Assembly (NCBI GenBank): GCA_001643675.2
Contig: LSRY02000021.1
Location: 496,001-560,000 of the forward strand
Length of the DNA stretch: 64,000 bases
DNA from: Monocercomonoides exilis PA203
Lineage: Eukaryota; Protista; Preaxostyla
Direction of reading: 5' to 3'
Part shown: one piece after another, positions 13,301-24,517 of the stretch
Numbering within the stretch: position 1 is the first letter of the stretch
Layout: each line of letters begins with the position of its first letter
Position numbers and translations under genes: made by a program
The notes under the pieces: model-generated
What the model was told of the DNA's origin: nothing
The model's database searches: none
What the model saw: only the letters and a program-made list of their open reading frames with translations

Positions 13301-16300
13301 ACGACAAGCGGGCGAAGACCAGCCAGACGCGGAAGGTGATTGAGAACTGGATTTACTACTCGCTCGCAGCATACGGCACGTTCCTCGAGCAGACAAATGA
13401 CTTGAGAGCTGCTAATTTATTCAGATCGACGACGAATTCACCTTCAAACCGCAGAAGGCGCAAGGCCACGTTCACTGGGCCCTCAAACACAAGTTCATTG
13501 AACTACTCCACAAACTTTGCTTCTTCTCCTTTTGCCTCTGCTTCTCGCTCGTTTCAGGTCAACATCTCACTCGTGGCTGCGATGTATGAAGAGACCATTG
13601 CCCTGCTGTTCACCCTCGTTCCGCTGGCAACATACAACATTCAGGAAGAGATTGTCCGTGCTATCTTGTCAAAGCCTTCCATTTCTGTCTTTCTTGCCAA
13701 CTTCCTCGTGCCGCACCAGCTGTCCCTCACAAACTGGCGCAGTTTGGCTGACACTGCCTTCAAAAACGTCTGCAAAAGCCTGATGTCGTCCTCTTCTTCT
13801 GTTTTGGCCTCTTCTTCGGGCTCTTCTCTTTCTTCGTCTGTTGCAGCTTCACCTCTGCCTTCTCCGCCAGCCTCACCTCCACCAGGGCAGCAAATATCGA
13901 CAGAGTTCATCTTCTCCACAGCATTTGCCCCTCATCCAGCAGATGGCTTGACATCAACTCCTGCTATTTTTAACTCTTCATCATCTTCTTCTTCCTCTTC
14001 GTCAACTTCTTCTTCCTCCTCCTCCTCTTCTTCTTCTTCTTCTTCAAGCGTGTTAAGTGCATCAACCATTGTATCAACCGAAAGGAATTCTCCGCCCATT
14101 GTCATCCATCCTTCAATGGCTGCATCTGCCCCCTCTCAATTTCGCCAGCAGCAGCAACAGCAGCAGTCAATGGGCATATCTCCCTCGCCAGGTGTTGCTC
14201 TTCTTCCAGCCCACACTCACATCGGAAGCTCCTCTTCTTCTTCAACTTCTGTTGCCACCGTCTCCAGCCTGTCTGCTGCTTCTACCCTTCTTCTCGCATT
14301 TGCCGCGTCTCAGGAAGATTCCCAGCTGACTGTGGTGATGCGAAAGTTCATCAACATTCCGCTTGTCTCCATCGGAATCGCCTTTCGCGAAGAGTTCAAA
14401 ACCAACCGCTTAACCGTCGTGCCTATGCGCCCTCCTCCTTTCTCATACTTCGCATCTGCCAATAGCTCTTCATCATCGTTGTCTTCTCTCGATTTGCGTA
14501 CAACCACTTCTGTTTCTCTGCCTCATTGTTCTCTTTCCTTCATCCCATTCTCCTCCTTCTTGTTACCGAACTCATATTCCTCATACACACTGAAGCCGAT
14601 TGTGCAGCTTATCTTCAACTGTCTGGCGTATCTGCATTCGATGGGAGCTGACTACTTCATCACAGCTGGACAAAGCAACTATGTGAGCGACAGTGACACC
14701 ACTTCTGCACCAAGTGCACAGAGCCCTTCAGGAACTGACTCAACTTCCAATGAAATCGGAAGCCAGAAGAGCAAAGCTGCATCGTTTGCCTCCTCTTCGC
14801 GTCTGCCGCAGTCTCGCTTCAGTGGAGCAGGGGATGAGAACGAAGAGCTAGAGCGCATTCAATCAACAGACATTTATGCATCACAACCACGCAATGTCGG
14901 AAGCACACCAGCAAGTGGAAGAGGAGTTAGTGATATTTCACAATCTCCTCCATCCAGCCAGCAGTCAACAGCAGCATTGGCATCGTTGCAGAGCTCCATC
15001 CGGGTCATTGTCACAGAATATCCTTCGTATGCTGCCAACACATTCATCCGAATGCTCCAGACGATCTTCCAGCTGCAGCACTACGACAACACTGCTGCCA
15101 TCCGCTGTGCCACTGCCTCAATTGAGCAGAAGAGGCCTGTCGGCTGCAATTCGCTTCCTCTGCCCTTCCATGGCTTTACTTCACTCTATCCATTTATGCC
15201 CACGCCAGGACAGCAGGCGTGGCTCGATCTCATCGACATCACATGCAACCAGCTGGTGAGCAGCTCTGTTTATTCGATGATGTCTCCCTCAGACACTGGC
15301 GATCAGTCAAGCAGCGACACCCACAGCAGCTCATCCATGCTGAGAAAGGCATCAACAGGCTCGTCTTTCTCCTCCACGTTCTTTTCCAACGTCAACCCGT
15401 ACATCTCTCAGTCTTCCTTCTCTCCGCTCATCTGGCTGGCACTATCTTCTCAGGTGCTGCACCTGCCTCGCCTCTTCTCGTGCAATGCGTTTGTTCCATT
15501 CTCACCAGGCGGAAAGGAGTTTGCGTGGGATCTGAACGGAGTGCTGTGTCCATCAATTGTCATTGTGGCTGGGCTGCTTGAGGTGGCTGATGCACTCAGC
15601 CAGCTGAGGTGGCCGTATTGGCGCGAGGGAAAGATCAGCGGAGAAAAAGATGGAAAGGATGAGGAAGAGATGAAGTCGAAGATAAACGCGAAAGTGAGGA
15701 TTAAAAGAGATAGATGGACTTTGATGGCGTTAGCATCGCCGGAGCAGCAACATGAATACTATGAAAACTTGTACGAGTCAACTAAAATCAGATTCAGAAC
15801 ACCCAAACCGAAAGAAGAGAAAGAAGAAAGAAGCACAACCAATCGAAGCGACGGCTCTTCTCCTTCCTCTTCTTCGCCTCCAGACACAGCAGAGTCTATT
15901 CTTCTGGCGCAGCAAACGCCACATGCGCTGAGTCCTGCGCATCTGAGGGGCATCTCCACATTCATCAAGCAGTGTATCTTGCAGCTTGTTCGCTTCATTC
16001 CCTCGCAACCTCCGCTGTCTGACACGACCATCAAGGACTTGTCCTACCTCGGCTACTCCAACACATCAAGGCCGCTAAAGAGAGAAAATACAGAGAATGC
16101 AGACAACACACCAAGAACAACAAAAACAAAGCATTCAAAAGGAAATAAGAGAAGGAAGAGGAGAAGATCGCTTGGTTCGTCTTGTCATTCTTCGTCTTCT
16201 TCTCCTCCTGCTCCACGCAACACATCTCCAACTCCTTCGTCAGCCACCCAGATGGTTGCCAAAGAATACAGAAGAGAGGCGAGGAAGACGTTGTTGGAGT

Positions 16301-19300
16301 ACAGAAAGAAAGAGAGAGAGAAAAGAGAGCAAGAAAAAATGAAGGAAAATTTGACAGGAGAGGGACAAGAGGATAATAATGCAGAAGATGGGGCAAATGA
16401 GGAAAGAAAATCATTAGCAGAAAGAGGAAGGAGCGAAGAGCAAAGGAGAGAAGACACAGAAGCAATTGAACAGAGTGAAGAAGAGGAAGATGATGAAGAA
16501 GAAGATGAAATGTCTGATCAGTTATCTCAGAAAGAAGAGGATGAGTTTCTCCGAGTAAGAGATCTAAGTGCAGAGAGAGAAGAGAAACTGAGAAGAGAAG
16601 CAGAAGAAAGAGAAGAAAGAGAAGATGATGATGAACGGGATGAAGGAGATGAAGGAGATGAAGGAGAAACCAATGAAATAGTCGAAGAAGTAGGAAAAAG
16701 CAGAAACAGAGGTCGAAGTGGAAGTCGAAGTCATTCAGGTGAAGAAAACGAAGATAGCAAAGAAAGAGAAGACAGCAGAGAACGAGACTCTGTTTTGGAT
16801 CGTATTGACTTGACAACAGAAGCAGAAGAGCAGCAAAAAGAGAGCGAAACAGAGAAAAAACGCAAAAAACACAAAAAAGGGAAGGGGAAAGGGAAAGGGT
16901 CAAAGAGCAAAGAAGAAGCAGCAGAGGACGAAGAAGCGAGGAAGAAGCGAGAGAAAGAAATCGCCGACTACAAAGAGAACGTGCGAAAGCGGAAACTTGC
17001 CTTCCACCCGCAGGTTCTGCTGGAGCTTGTGTTCCATTGTTATTCTCCGCTCATCTTCCCATCGCCATACTGCTCTTTTGCCTCGTTCATCCAGGCCACA
17101 TCAGCTGGAAGATCGTCTCAAAGCGACAAGAAGTTCATGCGCTCTCACATGTCGCCTTCTCCTTCTGTTTCGCAGCAGTACGAATCATCTCCATCTGCCT
17201 CTGCCTCAGCTTCTGCATTGCCATCTTCGTCAGCCTCACAATCAGCAGCAGCAACAAGCTCAGAAACAACCCAGATGCCTTCGCAGTCATTCGACGGAGA
17301 GATCAACATGTCTGTCTTTGACGAGCCAGAACAAGGTGGCTTATCTTCCTCTTCTTCTTCTTCTTCCACTTTTTCCTCTCCCAATTCACATCTGACTGCA
17401 TCCCATTCAACAGATCTGATCTTATCTCAATCTGCTTCATCAACCTCTTCTGCCTCTTCCTTCGGCGAGCAGGCCTCGTCACTTCCATCTGTCGCACAGC
17501 AATTCGACCGGTCGGGTTCGCAGCAGTCCATTCGCACAGCCCACTCGCTGGGTGTCTCTGCTGGTTTATCAGACTCCTCCAACGACAACACAGCTGCCTC
17601 TCTGTCTGCTGAGACAACACGTTCTTCTGATACAAAGGCAACCACAGCAAGCACCACAACCACCACAACGACAGCCAACATGGTGTATCATTCGTGTGCA
17701 TCAATACCGCCTTCTGAGCAGTCAGCAGACACATCTGCGTATCATCCAATGCCCATGTGCATCCCTTCTTTCCCTTTCTCTTCAGAGGCAGATGGTGGTG
17801 GATGCATTACGCAGATCATGCAGGACTGTGCTGAGTGCATCTCAGTCATTCTGAAGAAGACGAACGAGAGAGAAATGAGCGAGATCCTGTGGAGGACAGA
17901 GCTTGAGGCGCGCGACAAGGCTGCTTTTGATGCTGAAAACTACATTTCTGACCTGCCGTTAGAGATCATCCTGGCTGAGCGAGAGAAGAGGAAGAAGCTG
18001 AAGAACTCAGATTTCAGCTGGGCTTCTCAGCTGCTGACTTCAATGAATTCACACGGAAAGAGCACACGCCGTTCTACTTCAAAAAAGCCCATTTGGCAGC
18101 AAGCTCCGCTTCCTTCGACTGTCTCGTCGCTGTTCACAACCATCCTCTTCTTCTACAACAACCTTCTCGAATGGAACGCCTTCAGTATCTCGGGATTCCC
18201 TCTGATGCAGTCAACACAGTACAACATGACTGTGGTGCGCTCCACGTGTGCGTTCCCCTTCCATCTGTATGTGACTGAGCTCTTCGCCAGACTGCCCTGG
18301 AACCTCTGGCAGCGCTTCCCTCCCTTGCTGATCGCCCCGCTGCTCAACATGGCCATCCGCGAGTGGTCCATCTTGGGTGAGTCCTTCCGCAAACAGAAGC
18401 TGGCGCTGCTTGCATCGCCTGCCCAGTCTCCGCGCCCGTCTCCTGCTGCCTCGCCGATGCTGTCTGAATCTCCTGCTCCATTTGTGTCTGGCTCTTCTTC
18501 TTCTTCTCAGAATGGGCCTTCTCTTATAATGGTACCTTCCCAGGTTATTTTCTCGGCTGTTCCGCAGACTGCCATCTCTCTTCATTGCCTGATCCCTCAG
18601 ATTGCTCTGCAGATCAGCTGGATTGACGCAGTGATTGGCATCGATGGCAAGCAGAGGAACGAGCAACTGATGCAAAGAAGACGAAAGCAGAACGAAGTTC
18701 TGTTTGAGACGCCTGTCACACTGAAAATTAAGCCACCCGAAAAGGAGCTGATAGCAATGCGTGAACAACAAGAGGAAGAAGAGAAAGAAGGAGCAGACAT
18801 CAGAAGTCAAGTTGATGAGACTGAGATATTCATCAAGGCAACAAAGGCAGCTGCATCCAAGTCGCGAGCCACGCTAACAGAAACCGCGTCAACTTGTTCT
18901 CTTCATTCAGACTACACAAACAGAGAGCAAATAACAAATGTGGATTATTCACTAAGTGAACAGCAGGCACCCACAATGAACTCACTCACTGTTGATAGAG
19001 ACCGTGCTGGAGACGACTCAAACACAGACAGATCACTGCACACAGAAACGCAATCAATGGCAACTTCTATCAAAGACCCATCACTCACGAGCATTCCTCC
19101 TCCATACTCTTCTTCTTCTTCTTCATATCCAGTTCAGCCTCCTTCCCCAGCAATCACTGAATCTGCTTCGCTGAATGATCCAACTTCCCAATTTACAGAT
19201 CTATCGCAGCTGCCTCAGGAAGAGCGTATCAAAAAGCTCTCCTTCTACGACGACAGCGCCACAGATGATACACACACCTCCATCTTCACTGGCTCCCCCG

Positions 19301-22300
19301 AAGCACAGCAGCAGTATGCGGTGTGTCTGTCCTCTCTGATTTCCCTCCTCTTCCTGTCTGCCGCAGAGACAGTCACATTCCCCATCCCGAAGCACACCCT
19401 CCAGCGCACCCCAGCCTCGTGGCGTCTCTTCTTCTACTTCCGCTTCAACCTCCGCCAGCTGTCCTGGATCCCTTTCATTGTTCTGTCTGTTCCTCAGCTC
19501 AAAGCCGGTCTCAGCTGGGTGCTGTCTCTCTTCCACCCGCCGCGCTCACTTAGCTCCTCGTCGCGCCCAACAGACGCTCTCCGCTTCTGCTTCAACTCAG
19601 AAACAGAAGTGAACGAATTCGTAGCTCTCGCTGACAGGCTCGCTTTCCTCATCTGTGTGGAGCCTGAAGGCACAGACCAGCTGTGGCGCTATGTGAAGAG
19701 GAAGAAGCTGCCAACAGCAACACTGATGATGGAAGACGACTACGACGATGATGATCTCGAAGAGCTTGCCAAAATACACGAAGAACAAGAAGATCCAAAT
19801 GCTGCTGCTACTTCTTCTGAAAAGGCTGAGAAAGACAAACTTCATTCTGATTTTGATTCGGATGATTCCGATGTAGAACCACTGATCAATTCTTCGTCTT
19901 CCTCTTCTTCTTCTTCTTCAGACGCAAATGCTGCATCGTCAGTGTTTGATGATCCTCCACCTTCATCTCCCAAACAGGAAACAGAAGAAAGCGATGTCAA
20001 CGAGCCAACTGCTTCTGTCCAACTGCAAGCTTTTGCAGCCAAAATCCTCACAGTTGACTTCTGTCGCCTGCAGCTGTACTTCTTCTTCACGTGCTCTTTA
20101 CTTGCCACCCGCTTCACCCGCCGTGTTCCTTTGACGGAGTCTGCGCACGGCATCAACTACTTCATGTCTCCCAGTGCATTTGCAGTGACTGCACATCTAA
20201 AAAGACTCTTCTTCATCATCCAGCTCATTCAGATTGGGAGGCCTTCCCCTCCAAGGAGAAAGCTGAATGCTCTTCTGAAGGCACAAAATGGAGAGTACGA
20301 TAGCTTCGACGAGACAGACAGCGAGTACAGCAAAGAAGATTCAGACAGCGACGAATTCGACGAAGAAGACGATGTGCAGCTCGCACTGCAGCTTGTCCTT
20401 CCCTTCCAGCTGCGCCGTCCGCCCGAAGAGAACACGCCAGTCGCAATCAGAAGAAGACACAGCGTGCATACAGTCTTACTGCTGCGGTACTTGTTCCAGG
20501 GATACATCACATCGATGCTGTTCTTCATCGATCTCTTCTCTTACAAGCAGGCACTGCGCTCAACCACAGAAGCAATGCATTCGGGAAGGCATCGGGGCAA
20601 CTCGTCGCCTTCTGTTTCGTTCATCCCCACCGTAGCTCGTTCCCCTTCGCCGGACAAGCAGGATGCTCCTGTTGTCCAGATATTCTCTTCGTCTTTGGCT
20701 TCGCCTCCGTCCTTCCGCAGACTCCACATTGTATTTTTCTTGACTCTTATTTCGCGTTTATTTGCTTCATTCACCCGCCCCAATCAGTTCTTTTCTGTTG
20801 TTCAGGCCGCTCTCGTGGCTATTCTTTCTTTCATTCATATTTCATACCACACACGCACTCACCAGCACCAGTTCTTCTCTGGCTCCACGCAAACATCCGA
20901 TCCTCCTCCTTCTCCTCTCTCTTCTCCTGCTTCGCTTCCTCGCAGTCAGAACTCCTCTCCCCTCACTGTGCCAATTACGCTGATTCCGTCTGTGTTTCTG
21001 CTGGAGTTCATTCTCTCTGTCTCTGTCAGAGCCAAACCCCCGCCTCTCCCTGCTGACATGGGCCCATTCCCTTCGAGAGTGGAAACTGAGCTAAACAAAG
21101 TGCTCGATGACGAAAAGAAAGAAGGAGGAGGTATCACTCCAAATTCACGGGGAGGCAAAGATGTCAGACGAGCACATGCTTCTGGAGACAGAAAACAGAC
21201 TGAGGATTCTGATGACGAAGACGATGAGCTTGCAAAGAAAGAAAAACAAGGTGACAAAGCGGAACAAACTTTTTCCGATGAGCTTGCAGAAATCTACGAC
21301 TCGTACAAAAACTACATCACTCCATTACCCTTCAGCGAGACACCATTGGTGTCTTTCAGGGATCTGATTGTTGCCTTAACTCCTTTCATCCGTGCTCTTT
21401 TCCTTTTCTCCTCACCAGCTTCTGACTTTGCCCGTGCAAGCTTTTCGGCTGCAACAAGCTTCTTCAGCCAGCCACCCTGGAGTGGTCGTCACTCAGCAAA
21501 CCCTTCCTCCTCTCCTTTCCCAATGTCTCCAACCTCTCCTTCTGGCAAAGGAGGCATTACTTCTTCTGTATCTCCTGCTGCTGCTCTTTTCCAGTCTGTC
21601 GATGCATCCAGCGACCAGCCGACAAACGCAGAACTCGAGCGAACAGGTGCCCTTCTTCCGACTTTCCTGGCTGCGTGTGCCCAGAGATCTTATTTCCTAT
21701 CCATGTCCTTTGTGATCCGCTCTTTCCTGCCTCTTCTTCTTCCAAGCACGTATGTCTCGTCTATTTCTCTGTCTCAGCTGTCTCCTTCGCTCACCCCATT
21801 GTGCCAGAGCATGACTCTTGCAGATGCCTTCAACATCTTCCAGACAATGGACTGCTCATGCTACTCAGACTTGCGGAGGCCGAGCCTGTTTCGCACCCAT
21901 CTGTCACACAGCCCCGCAAGTGCTGCTGTTATGATGCAGACATCCTCCAACTCAGTTGCCCCTCCATTGCGTGATTCAACTCCATTCTCTGCACGTATTC
22001 AAGATCTTCCTTCGTCTTCTTCCTCTGCCATTCTCAACTCCATCATCAGCACCCTCGCAGCGTCGGCGTGCTTTGAGGTGTTTTTAACCGACCAGTCGCG
22101 AGAAGTGGAAGCGATGCCGCTTCTGATTGATCTGGCGGTGCTGATGATCTCCTCTGAAATGAATCCTCAGCTGTGTGAAATCCTGTCAAATGTCTTTGTT
22201 TCTGTTTTGTCACTTGTCGAATCGAGACATTTCTGGCAGAAGAAGATTCCTATTTCAAGACCTGTCCGGATATTCATGATGGTTATATTGGCGTTTGTCA

Positions 22301-22763
22301 GCTATCACTGGCAAGATGCTGTTGAGATGAAAGAAAGTGAAAGCAAAAAATATTCAAAGGTGTGATAATTAGCATTTTTTAAAAATGGATTAGGCATCTC
22401 TTCTTTTTTCTGATTTTATTTCATTTTCTTTTATTTCAAATTAATTTCAATATTTCTAGACATATCGAATGCTTATTGAAAAGCTCAAAAAGCATAGCAA
22501 ATCACAGAAAAGCGCAACTTACAAAGAAGTCCTAGCTTCAATTAAGCACACAATTAAAAAGTATGATGTTCTTATTTTTTATGTTTTAAGTCATTATCTT
22601 TCTAATTCAACGTTCGCTCTGAAATTGCTTTTAATATTTTAATTTTTAACAAATTTTACAAAGTTCTGACAATTCGCAGATAGCAGGTAACTTGTCGAGC
22701 ATTGGTCAATCGCTCTTTCCCGAAAATGCGAACATATTTCGTTTTTCTGATGATTCATATTAA
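1..22763 (+). CDS. EPG5: Giant EPG5-like (ectopic P-granules autophagy protein 5) homolog with massive low-complexity insertions; 5' end lies upstream of the window
   Basis: The frame is open from base 1 to 22359. GT-AG introns at 22360-22459 and 22561-22663 then give the C-terminal exons TYRMLIEKLKKHSKSQKSATYKEVLASIKHTIKN / SDNSQIAGNLSSIGQSLFPENANIFRFSDDSY* (TAA 22761-22763). Collinear blocks resemble EPG5 as I remember it: ILSKPSISVFLANFLVPH (~13660), FARLPW (~18285) followed by QISWIDAV (~18610), KKIPISRPVRIFMMVILAFVS (~22240) and a terminal LFPE. Coding status is near certain; the family call is from recall. Confidence 0.65.
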
Positions 22764-23119
22764 TTATTTACATTTCTAGTTTTTATATAGTCTTCATTCA
22801 GTTATTTTTTGATTGAGTAAATTTTGTTAAAATGATTTCAGACTTTAATTTCGCCATTTTTCGTGTTGTTTAATGTTAATGATTGTTTTGATATTTAAAT
22901 GTTATAATTAAGTATTTTTTTTCTTTTCTTTTCTTTTCTTAATTTAGGGGATGTGTATGCTTTCTATTTCTTGTTCTATTCTTTTCGTTTTGTTGATTTT
23001 CCCCTGCGCTATTTTTTTTATGTTTGTTTGTTTGTTTAGCAAAAGAGTTTTATAATAAAAATTAATAAGCCAAACAGAACAAAAAATTGTCTTATAAATA
23101 AAAAAAAATAGAAATTAAC

Positions 23120-24381
23120 TTAACAAAAAAGTTTAAATATCAGTCCAGTGAATACACCGCCCAAAAACATTGAAGTTACGAAAAATGCTGACTTTGTCTT
23201 GAAATTATCTTCATCATCTTCTATTTGCAGTGTGTTTTTGTATATCTCAGTCTTATTTTTATAAACTTGGTGGTTTGGTTGAATTGAAGATTTTTTAACT
23301 TTATGATTTGCTTTGGTTGAATTTTGACTAGGTGATTCAGGAACAGTTTTCATTCTTTGAAGTAATTCAGCCCACTCTTGTTGCTTCTTCTTCTTCTTAT
23401 TTCTCAATCTACTTTTTTCGGATGTATTGCTTGTTTCTTCCTGTTTAATTTGTGTTGCTTGTGTCGCTTCATTTTCTTCAATCAATTTGCAAGATGGTTT
23501 TCCATACAATTCTTCTTTTAATGAAGCAATATCTTCTTCAACTTTGATGGATAACTGTTCAGTTTTGCCTTTGATAAGATCGAATTCTTCTACTTTTTGT
23601 TGAATGTTTAATGATTGCTCGTTGAAAGAGAACTCCTTTATCTCGTTGCTCGTTTCTGAAATTTCCGATTTCTCTGCTATCTGTTCAATTTCTTCCAGAT
23701 TTTGGTTGGTAAAGAAATTTTTCTCTTCATTTTCTTTTTCTTTTTCATAAAATGCATCTTCGGTTTCATTTGTGCTTGAGTTTGTCATGGAACGCACTTG
23801 TTCCTCTGATTTATTTGTGCGTGTCTGCTGCGGTGTTCGAAGCATTTCTGTTGAAATACTTTCTTGAGATTCTCCGGAATTTTCAGAAGATGTGTGTGAA
23901 GATTGAGTGTGAAGTGAAGGTGGTGATAATTTATTTGGTGATTCCGATGAAGTGATCTGTAAGTTGTTTTCTTTGTTTCCTGGTGAAGTGAGAAAGTCCA
24001 TTTCGGAATTCTTTTCTTCAAAGTTATCGTTTTCGCAATCTGCATAAATATATTCTTCTGATGGCTTTTGAGATTCTTCTTCATTACAATTTTCACTCTC
24101 ATTTGATTCACTTTCTTCGCATTCTTCGTTTTCCTCCGAATCTTCATTTGCAGCATTTAGTGACTCAATCAAAGATAAGAGCTTTTGTTGTTGGAGTGTA
24201 AATGTTCGAGCTGATTCTCCAAAGGATTTTAATTTTAATGTTGTTTCCTTTTTTGTTTCGAAATTTTATGTTAGAATTGTACAAATAAAATTAAACATGA
24301 AAAATTGCAAACGTTTGTTGTATCTGTAGCATTTTCAAGAGATTCTCTAACAGGATCAAATACTACGTTGTTCATTTCCAT
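23120..24381 (-). CDS. Hypothetical acidic/low-complexity protein with a single C-terminal transmembrane anchor (tail-anchored)
   Basis: 350-aa ORF 24172-23120 ending KSAFFVTSMFLGGVFTGLIFKLFC*. A probable first exon starts at ATG 24381 (MEMNNVVFDPVRESLENATDTTN) and is followed by a GT donor. No recognisable domain. Confidence 0.7.
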
Positions 24382-24517
24382 TAATATATTTTATTTGTGA
24401 AAATACAACTTTGTATTCCTTCCAGAAAGTTTTTAAAGTATTTTTAATTTAAATATGTGAAATGTTAGTTTGGTTGTGATCAGTGAAATGAATACTGAAA
24501 ATTTTCGTTTGTTGAAC

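Noticed and set aside
45-21974. Dozens of alternative-frame and antisense ORFs within the giant gene
   Set aside because: They are by-products of stop-poor (TCT/GAA)n repeats (poly-Leu, poly-Glu, poly-Arg) with no domain signal.
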